64,000 nt of DNA from an uncultured Nitrospiraceae bacterium (GCA_963727775.1 CAVSHB010000003.1:224001-288000), one strand, 5' to 3'. Counted from the first letter of the stretch, positions 1-10,539 are shown. A program made the numbers and translations. The notes: generated by a model not told the origin, from the letters alone.

Positions 1-345
1 TGTCTCAGAGGTGAGTCAATCATTCCGAATAAGCGTTATTCCGCTGCGAAGTTGCGGAATAACGTGTGGAGAACGCTTATTCGCACTCTTGAGTCGGTTC
101 TTCTATTATGAGTGAGACATTGAAGCCCTGGTTAAAACGGCTCTAAATCATTGGTATCATTAGCGCCGAGGGCAACATCACCTGCCGCGGCCTCATCTCC
201 TTCTCCCCGGCGCGACGACAGGAACCTGACGGATTGCTCAACTACCTCGAACTTGCTCCTCCGCTGACCGTCTTTCTACTACCTTCTTTCCTGGAGACGT
301 CCCGTATGGTCGGAGGCATAGCTGGCAGTATCTTTAGACTTCCAT

Positions 346-1446
346 CTACTCCAGTGTTGTACGGAATCGGCGGAAGCTGGCGATCACGGTGACGACAGCC
401 ATGACGACGAGATAAGCGATATGAGTAACAACATAGTTCGTTTCCCCGCCCTTCAGCATGATATTGCGCAGAAGCCCCATGTAATGTGCAACAGGATCGA
501 GGTATGCTATCCAGCGAAGTGCGGCGGGCATGTTTTCTAGGGGATATATGAGTCCCGAAAACATGATCATCGGGAAAATGAAAAGAAACGCGGCAAGGCT
601 AGCCTGCTGCTGGTTCTTGCAATAGGTGGAGATCAGTGTCCCCAAAGCCACGGCGGTGCAGACGAAGGCAAAAGCCGCGGCGAATAAAGCCAGCAGGGAA
701 CCGCGCATCGGGACTTGAAAAACGAACACGGCAACAGCCAGGATCAGAGGCAGATTGGACATTCCGAGGACAACGTAAGGGATTGTTTTTCCATAAATGA
801 TTTCAGACCGCGAGACAGGAGCTGAGATCAGCATTTCGAACGTTCCCATCTCTTTCTCCCGCACGATGGCGATATTAGACATCACCATCGTGGAAATAAT
901 CATCAACATGCAGATCACTCCGGGTACCATGAATATCGAGGTTTCCAGGGCAGGGTTGAACAGCACGCGTGTACGGATCTGAATGGGAAGACTCGGGGCA
1001 GTCAGCTTCAAGTCGTCTTGGACCGTCTGTTGAACGATGTTTTGCAGATAGTTTTCAACCGACTGTGCCTTGACCACGTTCGTTGCATTCACTAGAAGCT
1101 GCAATTGAGCGTCTCCACGTCCAAGCGCGCGTGTGAACCCGCCCGAAGGTGGCACCAGCACGGCATCAGCATCGCCGGCTTCGATCATCTTATAGGGGTC
1201 ATGTTCTCTGCTTCTAACGGGAATAAACCACTTCCCAGCAATGCTTCTCTCGTATATGTCGCGTAAAACCGTGTCCCGGGAATCAAATACGGCCGCTAGA
1301 CGGATGTTCTTTACTTCGTTTGAAATGGCGACGCCGAAGATCGTAAGCTGGATGACCGGCATAATAAACAGAAGTATCTTCATCCTCGGGTCCCGGAGGG
1401 TCTGTGTCAGTTCTTTTCTAATGAATCCCATGAGCGTTTGGTTCAT
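346..1446 (-). CDS. ABC-2 type transporter permease (YbhR-like)
   Basis: 366 aa; REKEMGTFEMLISAP motif, large periplasmic loop, several C-terminal TM helices; overlaps the upstream permease. Confidence 0.92.
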   Translation of the reverse strand: MNQTLMGFIRKELTQTLRDPRMKILLFIMPVIQLTIFGVAISNEVKNIRLAAVFDSRDTVLRDIYERSIAGKWFIPVRSREHDPYKMIEAGDADAVLVPPSGGFTRALGRGDAQLQLLVNATNVVKAQSVENYLQNIVQQTVQDDLKLTAPSLPIQIRTRVLFNPALETSIFMVPGVICMLMIISTMVMSNIAIVREKEMGTFEMLISAPVSRSEIIYGKTIPYVVLGMSNLPLILAVAVFVFQVPMRGSLLALFAAAFAFVCTAVALGTLISTYCKNQQQASLAAFLFIFPMIMFSGLIYPLENMPAALRWIAYLDPVAHYMGLLRNIMLKGGETNYVVTHIAYLVVMAVVTVIASFRRFRTTLE

Positions 1447-2573
1447 GGTTCAATATCCCTCTTAAAACGACGCGTGGCCATTACGATCATCACGAAACAA
1501 ATAACTGAGAGGGCCAGAAAAGATCCGCCAAGCTCCAAAAAACTCGATCCCTTCAGAAAGGTGTCCCGCGCGATCTGCATGAACCAGCGCGCCGGCAGAA
1601 GCATCGTAAAGTACTGAAAGAATACTGGCATACTTTCGATCGGAAAAACAAAACCGGAAAGCAACGTGGATGGCATCATTCCGACCATTTGGGCAACCTG
1701 CATGGCGATCACCTGCTTTCGTGTGACCACGGAAATCAGCAGCCCGAGGGCCAGGTAGGTCACCAGAAAGAGCAAACAGCCCAAACCAAAGACCGCGAGG
1801 TTACCCACGAATGGAACACGGAACACCATCCTTGCAACGATATAGACGAATATCACGCCGATGACTCCGAGAACGCCGTAGGGAGCGAGCTTCCCGACGA
1901 TGATCTCGAGCGGCTGCACCGGAGTTGACAACAACAGTTCCATCGAACCGTTTTCCCACTCGCGCGCGACCGTGAGAGCAGTCAGCAAAACCGACAGGAT
2001 CGACATAACAACGGCGGTAAGGCCCGGAACCACGAACCAACGGCTATTTAGTTCAGGATTGAATAAAAACCGGGTCCGAAGCTCATAGGTGTTCGGCGGA
2101 TTAAAATCGCCAATCCTTCTTGAAGCAATGGTTTGAATGCTGCCGACGTATCCGAGAACCGGGCCGACCGTCGAGCTATCGGACCCGTCGACCAGGATCT
2201 GCGCTTCGGCGGCCCTGCCCGCCCACAAGTCTTTTTCGAAACGCGACGGGATAATCAAAGCAGCACGGGCACGTTCAGCTGCCACGTCCGTGATCGCATC
2301 GTGAGGCGAAGCGACCCCATGCAGCAAGAAATAATCAGAACTCCCGAAGGTATCGAGCAGCCTCCGAGAGCTTTGTGTTTTATCGGAGTCGCTCACCGCA
2401 AGGGCTACGTTCTTTACGTTGAACTCTATGGCGAAACCGAACATAAGGACCATAAAGACTGGCAAACCGAGCGCAGCTGCCAGAGTAGTGGGATCGCGAA
2501 GGATGTGAAAAATCTCCTTTCGTGAAATGGCAGCTGCCCGACGCCAGACAAATAATGTTCTCAATGGCGTCAT
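1443..2573 (-). CDS. ABC-2 type transporter permease (YbhS-like)
   Basis: 376 aa; AREWENGSMELLLSTP and FNPELNSRWFVVPG motifs. Confidence 0.92.
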   Translation of the reverse strand: MTPLRTLFVWRRAAAISRKEIFHILRDPTTLAAALGLPVFMVLMFGFAIEFNVKNVALAVSDSDKTQSSRRLLDTFGSSDYFLLHGVASPHDAITDVAAERARAALIIPSRFEKDLWAGRAAEAQILVDGSDSSTVGPVLGYVGSIQTIASRRIGDFNPPNTYELRTRFLFNPELNSRWFVVPGLTAVVMSILSVLLTALTVAREWENGSMELLLSTPVQPLEIIVGKLAPYGVLGVIGVIFVYIVARMVFRVPFVGNLAVFGLGCLLFLVTYLALGLLISVVTRKQVIAMQVAQMVGMMPSTLLSGFVFPIESMPVFFQYFTMLLPARWFMQIARDTFLKGSSFLELGGSFLALSVICFVMIVMATRRFKRDIEP

Positions 2574-3493
2574 TTGCCCTTGTCCTCTATCGTTTGAATG
2601 AAAACATCCTCAAGCGAAGGTTCGATTTTTCGGATTGCGAATTTCTTTTCGAATTGCTCCCTAACCTCTTCCCAATCCGCTTCGCTTCGAAGCACTGCGT
2701 GAAACCTGAGGCCGTATGGTTCAAAAAAAGAAAAGAGCTCGTGCTCGGCCAGCACAGAAACCTCCGCGAAGCTCATGGATTCCCTGGGGTCGAACTCAAG
2801 CATCGGCATCGGGAAGGTAGCCCGTTTCAGACCTTCGGGCGTATCCAGTGCGAGGATTTTCCCTTCTCGCATCAAGGCGATACGATCACATTGTTCAGCC
2901 TCGTCCATATGATGGGTCGTCACAAAGACTGTTTTTCCGCTTTCGGACAATTTACGGATCAACGACCAGAAACGAGCACGTGCGGCCGGGGTCACGCCAG
3001 CCGTAGGTTCATCGAGAAAGATGATCTCCGGATCGTGCAAAAGCGCTCCTGCGAGCGATACCTGTTGTTTCGTGCCTCCCGGCAGATCCTGGACCATGGT
3101 GTCGAGCGACCGGTCAAAGGAAATGAAATCGAACAGATACTGACGCCGCTCCAGATAGATGGTCTTGTCCAGTTTTCGCAAAGACGCAATGAAGTTCAAA
3201 TTCTCTTCAACGGTCAGGTCATTATAAAGGGAAAATTTCTGAGACATGTAGCCAACCTTGGACTTGATCGCTCGCTCCCCATCCTGGAAACCTACGCCGG
3301 CCACATTCACAGACCCTTCGCTCGGATGCAATAAGCCGCACAGCACCCGGATAGTGGTCGTCTTCCCTGCGCCGTTCGCTCCGAGAAAACCGAATGTTTC
3401 TCCGCGACGTACCGAAAAGGAAATCCGATTCACGGCATAGAAATCACCGAAGCGCACGGAAAGCTCCTTCACGTCCACTGCGGTTTCACTCAT
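2570..3493 (-). CDS. ABC transporter ATP-binding protein
   Basis: Walker A GANGAGKTT, Walker B FLDEPT, TTH H-loop; start moved to MSETAV ATG at 3493, which overlaps the upstream stop. Confidence 0.92.
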   Translation of the reverse strand: MSETAVDVKELSVRFGDFYAVNRISFSVRRGETFGFLGANGAGKTTTIRVLCGLLHPSEGSVNVAGVGFQDGERAIKSKVGYMSQKFSLYNDLTVEENLNFIASLRKLDKTIYLERRQYLFDFISFDRSLDTMVQDLPGGTKQQVSLAGALLHDPEIIFLDEPTAGVTPAARARFWSLIRKLSESGKTVFVTTHHMDEAEQCDRIALMREGKILALDTPEGLKRATFPMPMLEFDPRESMSFAEVSVLAEHELFSFFEPYGLRFHAVLRSEADWEEVREQFEKKFAIRKIEPSLEDVFIQTIEDKGK

Positions 3494-4220
3494 GGGTATT
3501 TCGTTTGAGGAAAAGTTCATCAAAGCTCCGAGCCCCCTCGCGCTCCAGCAGTTCCCGGGGTTCACCTTCAACAACGAGCTGCCCTTGCTCCAACAGATAA
3601 ACGCGTCCGCATCGCTCCGCTTCATCCATGTACGCCGTGGTCACGATAATCAGGATCCTTTGGTCCAAAAGGCGGTACAGTAGCTTCCAAAATTCTCGCC
3701 GGCTGATAGGATCTACGCCAGTCGTGGGTTCGTCCAGGAGCATGACTTTCGGAGACCGCAGAAGTGCGCACATCAAGCCCAGCTTCTTATACATCCCACC
3801 TGAGAGTTCACCTGCCAGCCGCTCGACAAATTCGGCCAGTCGAGCAATATGAAGAAGTTCGCTGCGTTTTTGTTGATACAAATCGTCGGGGATCCCATAA
3901 AGCTCACGAAAGAAATCCAGATGCTCACCGATGGAGAGATCCGGGTAAAGACTTTGCTGCTGCGGCATGTATGCGACGCCGGCCCGGACCGTTTCAAAGT
4001 CGACGGGCTTGCCGTTCTCCCGAAACTCCACTATTCCTTCCGTAGGCTTCATTAGGCCTAGGATAATACGCATCAGGGTGGTCTTTCCTGCGCCCTCAGG
4101 GCCGATCACGCCATGCATGAGTCCGCATGAAAACTCGAGAGACACTCTATCCAGCGCAAAGTTTGTACCGAAAACTTTTCGTATTTCCTGAACCGATATG
4201 GAGATAAGCTTTTCAGACAT
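3486..4220 (-). CDS. ABC transporter ATP-binding protein
   Basis: GPEGAGKTT, LSGGM, LLDEPTTGVDP; with the neighbour it resembles a split version of the two-domain YbhF. Confidence 0.92.
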   Translation of the reverse strand: MSEKLISISVQEIRKVFGTNFALDRVSLEFSCGLMHGVIGPEGAGKTTLMRIILGLMKPTEGIVEFRENGKPVDFETVRAGVAYMPQQQSLYPDLSIGEHLDFFRELYGIPDDLYQQKRSELLHIARLAEFVERLAGELSGGMYKKLGLMCALLRSPKVMLLDEPTTGVDPISRREFWKLLYRLLDQRILIIVTTAYMDEAERCGRVYLLEQGQLVVEGEPRELLEREGARSFDELFLKRNTHE

Positions 4221-4225
4221 ATCGG

Positions 4226-4981
4226 TTACTGACGGGGCAATGCAACTTCGATGGTCATCCCAGGTTTAAGGATTTCTTGCTCGTTCGAACCCAGAAAACT
4301 TACTTTCACACCGAACACGAGACGCTCGCGTTCTGACCGGGTCTGCACGTTCTTAGGTGTGAACTCCGCTTCGTCATTAATCTTTATGATCTTCCCGTCA
4401 AATTCCCGGTTCTTCATCTCCGGCAAATATCCCTTCAGCTTCATACCAACCGCAAGCTGTGAAACCTCCGGCTGCGGAACATATATGAACGCCCAAATGT
4501 CCCTGATGTTTGCCAACGTCAGCAGTTTGGTACCCGGGTTCACCCATTCGCCAGGCTCATGATAACGGCTGAGGACAGTCCCTGTGATCGGCGACTTGAG
4601 GGAACACCAGCTTAGACGTACGTCCGTATCCTCTTTCTTGTTTCTGACCTGATCCAAGGTGTCCTGAGATGCGGTCCCCACACGATGTAAGCCTACGGTC
4701 CGATGATAGTTTTCATTGGCCAATTCCGATGCAACCTTCACGTCTTCGCAGGCAAGAACAATCAATTCCTGGGTATCCGTCACGCGGTCGCCTTCCTGGA
4801 CAGTCACTGCGCTGATGGCAGAAGATATGCGGGCGGATAAATCCACCTTGGTCGATTCAAGTGTCCCGGCATACAAAAACTCACCGCGGAAGAACAACAA
4901 TTTGGCCGCAATCACAGCAGAGATCGCGATCGCTGCTGCGATAAGGATTATCTTAAGCCTCTTCTTTTTATCGTTTATCAC
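4226..4981 (-). CDS. HlyD-family membrane fusion protein (YbhG-like)
   Basis: N-terminal TM helix, SPITGTV barrel-sandwich motif, AEFTPKNVQT motif; probable GTG start at 4981 after AGGAAGGGAG. Confidence 0.9.
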   Translation of the reverse strand: MINDKKKRLKIILIAAAIAISAVIAAKLLFFRGEFLYAGTLESTKVDLSARISSAISAVTVQEGDRVTDTQELIVLACEDVKVASELANENYHRTVGLHRVGTASQDTLDQVRNKKEDTDVRLSWCSLKSPITGTVLSRYHEPGEWVNPGTKLLTLANIRDIWAFIYVPQPEVSQLAVGMKLKGYLPEMKNREFDGKIIKINDEAEFTPKNVQTRSERERLVFGVKVSFLGSNEQEILKPGMTIEVALPRQ

Positions 4982-5015
4982 TGGGCTCCCTTCCTGGTTT
5001 ATTATATTTCGCCAC

Positions 5016-5702
5016 TTACTTCGCAATAATCCCGCCGATGAAGATGCGAAGCGTCTGCTGAATCCACTGATGGCGATAGTTTTCGTCTGTAAGCGAATAA
5101 CCGGTAAACTTTTTCACCAACTTGTCGTTCCTCGTCTGATGGACAATATTGCTCATAAGAAATCCAGCCGCGGCGAGTGGATTCACATCAGCAGCCATTA
5201 TCCCTTTTTTCTTAGCTTGGTCAAAAAACTCCAACAATTTGCTGGCATGTTTCTGAAGCGTGTTAAGATACATTGCTTTGCTTCTTGAGCCCGACATTTC
5301 AACATCCCGCTGGATAAGACGGACAATATCTTTCTGCCGGATCATCGTTTCGATTGTCTGCCTCAGAAATATCTCCAGGCGCACTTTGAAGTCGTCGATA
5401 TTGTGTGGTTCCTGGAGCGTTCTTCTCGCGAAGTCCAGTCTTTCCGCTGCAAACTGCTGTATGATATGAACGTACAGGTTTTCCTTGGAACCGAAATGAT
5501 AATGTATGGCGGCAATGTTCACGCCTGCTGCATCGCAGATGTCCTTGACAGAAGTACCATCATACCCTTTATCCGCAAAAAGACGCGTTGCAGTGGACAA
5601 AATACGGCCTACTGTATCTTCACGGGAATTCATTTCCTGATTCGTCACTTTTATTTCTCTTTTCATCCTGACATGCAAACCCTTATCCGTCCCAGTAGAC
5701 AT
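5016..5702 (-). CDS. TetR/AcrR-family regulator (CecR/YbiH-like)
   Basis: ILSTATRLFADKGYDGTSVKDICDAAGVNIAAIHYHFGSKENLY TetR HTH; start uncertain (5702 or ~5666). Confidence 0.9.
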   Translation of the reverse strand: MSTGTDKGLHVRMKREIKVTNQEMNSREDTVGRILSTATRLFADKGYDGTSVKDICDAAGVNIAAIHYHFGSKENLYVHIIQQFAAERLDFARRTLQEPHNIDDFKVRLEIFLRQTIETMIRQKDIVRLIQRDVEMSGSRSKAMYLNTLQKHASKLLEFFDQAKKKGIMAADVNPLAAAGFLMSNIVHQTRNDKLVKKFTGYSLTDENYRHQWIQQTLRIFIGGIIAK

Positions 5703-5708
5703 GAACGT

Positions 5709-5774
5709 AAAATACCACAGTCCATACAATATGTCAATTATGTAATTGACAATTTCAATTAATCAATTTATACT
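5709..5774. promoter_or_regulatory. Divergent sigma70 promoters sharing a palindromic operator
   Basis: TGTCAATTA-TG-TAATTGACA perfect inverted repeat at 5732-5751; + strand TTGACA(5746)-17-TATACT(5769); - strand TTGACA(5737)-17-TATTTT(5714). Confidence 0.75.
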
Positions 5775-5809
5775 TTTATAGTCTTTCAGCAAAGAATGGA
5801 GCGTCCGGG

Positions 5810-7291
5810 ATGAGCAGAATTTTTTGTTTAGTAGATCTGGTCGTTGCGACGATCATTAATCTATCATTAATCAGCTGTGCGGTAGGTCCCAATTATCGCG
5901 CGCCTGAAGCCCCCAGCACGATATCCTATACAGCGACGGCCTTACCGGCTGAGACCCAGTCTGCACCGGGGCTGGCTGGTGCGGCGCAGCGCTTTGCCCC
6001 GGGAGAGGACATTCCGGCCCAGTGGTGGACACTGTTTCATTCCCCGGCGCTGGACCAGCTGATCAAACAGGCGCTATCGGACAACCCGACGCTCGCAGCG
6101 GCGCAAGCCACCCTTCGCCAGGCCCAGGAAACTCTGAGCGCCCTCGCCGGCTCGGTGCTGTACCCGAAAATCGATGCAAGCGCCTCGGTTACGCGCGAGA
6201 AGGCATCGGGAGCCGAGATCGGGCTGACGAACCTCAAGATCAGCCCCTTCACGCTTTTCAATACCTCCGTGAATGTTTCCTATGCCCTAGATTTTTTCGG
6301 AGGAGCTAGGCGGGAAATCGAAGCCTTTGAGTCTCAGGTCGATTTTCAACGCTTTCTGCTGGAAGGAGCCTATCTCACTATCACGTCGAACATCGTCACG
6401 ACGGCTGTGAAGGAAGCTTCCCTGCGTGCGCAGATCCGAGCGCTGCAGGACATTGTAGCGGAGCAGCAGAAGCAGCTAGATCTGGTTCGGCTCCAGTTCA
6501 GACTCGGCGGTGCAGCACGCACCGACGTGCTTGCGCAGCGGGCGCAGCTTGACCAAACGAAGGCGAGTCAGCCGCCGCTAGATAGAGATCTTGCGCAGAC
6601 CCGGCATCTTTTGGCTGTGCTTGCCGGTCGGCTGCCCAGCGATGCGACAGCCCTTCCCGAGTTCACACTCGACGAACTCCATCTGCCGGAGGAACTCCCC
6701 GTGAGCCTCCCGTCATCGCTGGTTCGCCAACGCCCCGACATCCGGGCTTCAGAGGCATTGCTGCACGCAGCGAGCGCACAAGTCGGTGTGGCAACTGCTA
6801 ACCTATATCCGCAAATCAACCTCACCAGCAGTTTCGGGTCTGTGGCAACTTCAGGCGGGAACCTTTTCTCAAGCGGATCGAATGTGTGGAGTCTCGGCGC
6901 GGGTCTGCTGCAACCTGTTTTTCATGGTGGACAGCTGAGTGCCACGCGCAGGGCTGCAATCGCCGCATATGATCAGGCAATAGCGCAATATCGTGCCGCT
7001 GTTTTACAGGCATTTCAAAATGTTGCCGATGTGCTTCGCGCTCTGGATGCGGATGCTGATACGCTTAAGGCGCAAGCCGACGCCGAGTTGACCGCTCGCG
7101 ACACGCTCGAGCTGACCCAGAAGCAGTTCCAACTGGGCGGCGTAAGCTACCTCTCTCTACTCAATGCTGAACGTCAGCACCAGCAGTCACGGATAGGCCT
7201 ATCCCAGGCACAGGCCGCGCGCTTCGCCGATACAGCAGCGCTTTTCCAGGCGCTGGGTGGCGGATGGTGGAACCGGACTCATAAGGAGTAG
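5810..7291 (+). CDS. NodT/OprM-family outer-membrane efflux lipoprotein
   Basis: Lipobox LISC-AVGPNY, WWTLF, LVRQRPDIRASE, LFQALGGGW C-terminus. Confidence 0.93.
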   Translation: MSRIFCLVDLVVATIINLSLISCAVGPNYRAPEAPSTISYTATALPAETQSAPGLAGAAQRFAPGEDIPAQWWTLFHSPALDQLIKQALSDNPTLAAAQATLRQAQETLSALAGSVLYPKIDASASVTREKASGAEIGLTNLKISPFTLFNTSVNVSYALDFFGGARREIEAFESQVDFQRFLLEGAYLTITSNIVTTAVKEASLRAQIRALQDIVAEQQKQLDLVRLQFRLGGAARTDVLAQRAQLDQTKASQPPLDRDLAQTRHLLAVLAGRLPSDATALPEFTLDELHLPEELPVSLPSSLVRQRPDIRASEALLHAASAQVGVATANLYPQINLTSSFGSVATSGGNLFSSGSNVWSLGAGLLQPVFHGGQLSATRRAAIAAYDQAIAQYRAAVLQAFQNVADVLRALDADADTLKAQADAELTARDTLELTQKQFQLGGVSYLSLLNAERQHQQSRIGLSQAQAARFADTAALFQALGGGWWNRTHKE

Positions 7292-8154
7292 ACTCAAAGA
7301 ATTTCCGATCATTGCGACACGATTGTGCAATGTCCCCGCCATCTCCATAGAAGTCTGAACATTCTCTTCCCTGCTAGAAGAACTTCAGCCTTGTTTGCCC
7401 AGATGTTTGAAGCGGAACTATTTGAGGCGCGCCTTATGACAAAACTAAACTTGATGAATATTGATTTCGGTGAAGCTCTACGAGATAGAATTACAGAAAA
7501 TGACCTTTGTGATAAGAGGACCGGCGGAGTTTAACTTTGGTGGAGGCCGAAACCGACCTCGCAGTTAATGCCTTCCGAGCTATTTATCTGATTTTGATGC
7601 ATGTTTCTTCTGGTATTTAACGCGGAAGAAATTCGAGAGTCGGCATCCGTCTGATCGAAAATCTTGCCGCCTTATGCAGAAGCAAGTGTCATGTTGCGGG
7701 GAGTAACCTTCAGATACGGCAAATCTTAACTCGCAAGGATTACTGTGATTGAACCCCCACCGTGCCATAATTCCATTCTTTATCTTATAGATATTCTATA
7801 AGACAGGCGCACCTCCCATTTCCCGCGAATTTCCATGCCTGTCCGCTGTTGCAACGCGAATATCGACTAACCAGTGCCGCCTATTCCCTAAACTTATTAC
7901 GCCGCAGTTTCTGCTACGGAGTAGCTCGCGCTGACGGAGTACTGCGCAGCGAATTGCTATTATTGTAAAAAAGTGGGTGTAAGTAATTTGACAAACGGCC
8001 TGTCCGAATTTATATACAGTAAGGACAAAAAAGGACATATAAAAGAGAAACCATGAGGGCTCAGGTAAGAGGCCATAATGCATAATGGGCTGAACAGAAA
8101 AATGACTGATAACGCACATAGCCCTCATAAGAAAAGAAAGGAAACTTCTGATAG

Positions 8155-8433
8155 ATGAAGAGAAAGACATATGTGCTTGACACGTGCGTCTTAATCGATG
8201 ATCCTGATATCTTTTTCAAGCTCGGCAAAAGTCAGATTATTATCCCCGGCGCAGTCATCAAGGAGCTTGACGGCCTAAAGAGAAGTTGGGATCCCGACAG
8301 GGCAAAGCCCGCCAGACAGGTTACGAGGATTCTCGACAGGCTGAGCAGACGCCAGGACATTAAATTGGGGGCCATAACATCTGCAGGCTCTATTGTGAGA
8401 ATATGCAACAGTCACACGGTAATCGATGACCTT
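8155..8433 (+). pseudogene. PIN-domain (PhoH-N/PIN_4-like) gene, 3'-truncated
   Basis: YVLDTCVLIDDP...IPGAVIKELDGLK; homology ends at VIDDL, then reads into the antisense of the second copy. Confidence 0.75.
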
Positions 8434-8706
8434 GTATTTGGTGCTTATTCTCACAGTGGACCCGGCATAAGTTTTAGCCCCTGTCGATATATCCTGACTG
8501 CTACCCAGCCGGTCAAGCATTCTGGATACTTTTCTTGCAGCTTTTGTCCTTGGTTCTTCCGGGTCGGGGTTCCTTTTAAGTCCGTCTATCTCTTTGATCA
8601 CCGCAGTCGGAATGATTATCTGATTGTCGCCGAGTTTGTAAAAAACATCCGGATCATTGATTAAGACACTTGTATCGAGTACATATGTCTTGGTTTTGTC
8701 TTTCAT
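8422..8706 (-). pseudogene. PIN-domain (PhoH-N/PIN_4-like) paralog, 3'-truncated
   Basis: YVLDTSVLINDP...IPTAVIKEIDGLK; GGAGG RBS; homology ends at KVID. Confidence 0.75.
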
Positions 8707-8751
8707 GATACCTCCATAAAAAAAGTGTTAATATTAGTTCCCAAATTATCT

Positions 8752-9168
8752 CTATCCATTGCCCATTCTTCCTTTTAATATGCGGACTCTCTCGGCAAAA
8801 TCCTTTATACAGAGGATTTGTCCTTTTTCAACTACTACTATTGCCTTGCTTCTTATCAGCCAGGGCGACGGCTTCTGTTCGAGAAACCTTCCGTCTGATT
8901 CATAAAGGATATAAAGAGGCCCTATCCTCAGAGAAAGTTTCAATAATGCCTCTCTGTCCCTTTCGATCTCTAAGTCGCCGAACCATATTTTCTTGGTCTG
9001 ACTATTGAATATGTTTGCATTGAATATGGTTGTGGGCTTCCTCATGCTCTTGCTCGTATAAAGCATCCTTCCTGCCATTCCCAGAAACCCTACCGCTGGG
9101 TTGGATATCGCGGTAATTTCCTCATCGACCCAGAAAGATCCCTGAACAGCTTTTCTACAGGTCATCAT
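8752..9168 (-). CDS. Hypothetical protein
   Basis: 138 aa ORF with AGGAGG RBS, co-oriented with the PIN paralog. Confidence 0.6.
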   Translation of the reverse strand: MMTCRKAVQGSFWVDEEITAISNPAVGFLGMAGRMLYTSKSMRKPTTIFNANIFNSQTKKIWFGDLEIERDREALLKLSLRIGPLYILYESDGRFLEQKPSPWLIRSKAIVVVEKGQILCIKDFAERVRILKGRMGNG

Positions 9169-9744
9169 ATTGCTTTTCCTCCTTTGCCTTCTTACAGGCT
9201 TTTTTGATCATGGTTTTGTTATGAACTCCCCCGATTCAATGCCCTGGACATCAAAAATCTCATCACCTACGATCTTGATCTTGGAGATGTCCTTTTCGCT
9301 TCTTTTGCTACTTGCCTTAAGAAGAACATTCGGGAACCTTTTTCGCTTTGCCTCGTCCAGCCTCATGTAGAGGCTCTCAAGATGATTGACGTCTTGCTTT
9401 TGATAGACATGTCCTCCTCCTTTCTTACCCCTTACCCATATATCTTTTGGGATGACACGAATGTCAAGTCGCTATCTATAATTTTTTAAATATTTTTTGT
9501 ACTTCGGGATATGTTGATGCGGTTGGAGGCACTCAGAACCCATCTCTTATGCCTATGTTCTACACAAGAGAGAGGCTCGTTATTGATCTGTTTCGGTAGG
9601 AATAAACACTTCATTAAACCAACGCAACGATGGCATATATTTCACTCTGTACGCCGCGGGTTTCTTGATGCTGCTCAAAATTGATGCCGAGCAACGGCAG
9701 AGATCACTTCCAACGCAGACGTACTTTACGGAGGTGCGCTCCAC

Positions 9745-9773
9745 TTGACAAAGGTTAACGTGCGGGTTAACAT
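9745..9773 (+). promoter_or_regulatory. TA-operon promoter with GTTAAC-N6-GTTAAC operator
   Basis: TTGACA(9745)-17-TAACAT(9768); palindromes at 9754-9759 and 9766-9771. Confidence 0.65.
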
Positions 9774-9780
9774 ATCGCGA

Positions 9781-10137
9781 GTGGGTAAGACTATGAAATT
9801 TTACAGAATGGCTGACAGCAAATGCCTCGTGCAAGAATTTCTCGATTCGCTGTCCGGCAAGGTAGCGCAGAAAGTTGCATGGGTGCTGAGCCTGATTGAG
9901 GATCTCGATGTTGTGCCGGCGACATATTTCAAAAAACTCGTCAACACCGGGGAGATATGGGAATGCAGGATACAATTTGGCTCGATTGCGTACCGGATAT
10001 TCTGCTTCTTCGACGGCAATTCCGTTGTTGTGCTAACCCACGGATTTATCAAGAAGACGCAAAAGACACCTCAGCGGGAGATTGAGCGGGCTGAGGCTTA
10101 CAGAAGAGACTATTTGCAGAGGAGGACAAAGAGATGA
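9781..10137 (+). CDS. RelE/ParE-superfamily toxin (HigB/Gp49-like, DUF891-type)
   Basis: IWECRIQFGSIAYRIFCFF...LTHGFIKKTQKTP; toxin-first gene order; start 9781 (GTG) or 9793 (ATG). Confidence 0.88.
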   Translation: MGKTMKFYRMADSKCLVQEFLDSLSGKVAQKVAWVLSLIEDLDVVPATYFKKLVNTGEIWECRIQFGSIAYRIFCFFDGNSVVVLTHGFIKKTQKTPQREIERAEAYRRDYLQRRTKR

Positions 10138-10409
10138 GTGATCTGAAGAAATATATCCAGGAGAGGAAGAAGAAGGACAAAGCATTTGCCGCAGGTTATG
10201 ACGAGGGTTACGAACAACTGAAGATCGGCGTAATACTCAAGCAGGCCCGTGAGATTGCGGGACTGACACAGGAAGAGCTTGCCCATCGAATAAAGACCAA
10301 GAAAACCGCTATTTCAAGGATCGAGAACCATGCAGAGGATATCAAGTTGTCCACACTCGAGAAGGTGGCCCATGCCCTCGGAAAAAGACTGGAAGTGAAA
10401 ATCGCTTGA
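10134..10409 (+). CDS. XRE-family HTH antitoxin (HigA-like)
   Basis: AREIAGLTQEELAHRIKTKKTAISRIEN; ATGA overlap with the toxin. Confidence 0.9.
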   Translation: MSDLKKYIQERKKKDKAFAAGYDEGYEQLKIGVILKQAREIAGLTQEELAHRIKTKKTAISRIENHAEDIKLSTLEKVAHALGKRLEVKIA

Positions 10410-10539
10410 GGTCGCCGATCTATTCCTGCTGCTCATTGCAGCCAAAGGTTGCCAGGGGCGGCAGGGAAAAAGATCGAGGCTGTTAACAAGGCAAGGCTCC
10501 ACTTTTCACCTCCTACTGAACATATATGGTATAACGTTT

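Noticed and set aside
7325..8150. Short ORFs, hairpin GACAGGC/GCCTGTC and repeated ACGGAGTA
   Set aside because: No recognisable family; repeats too short to support a call
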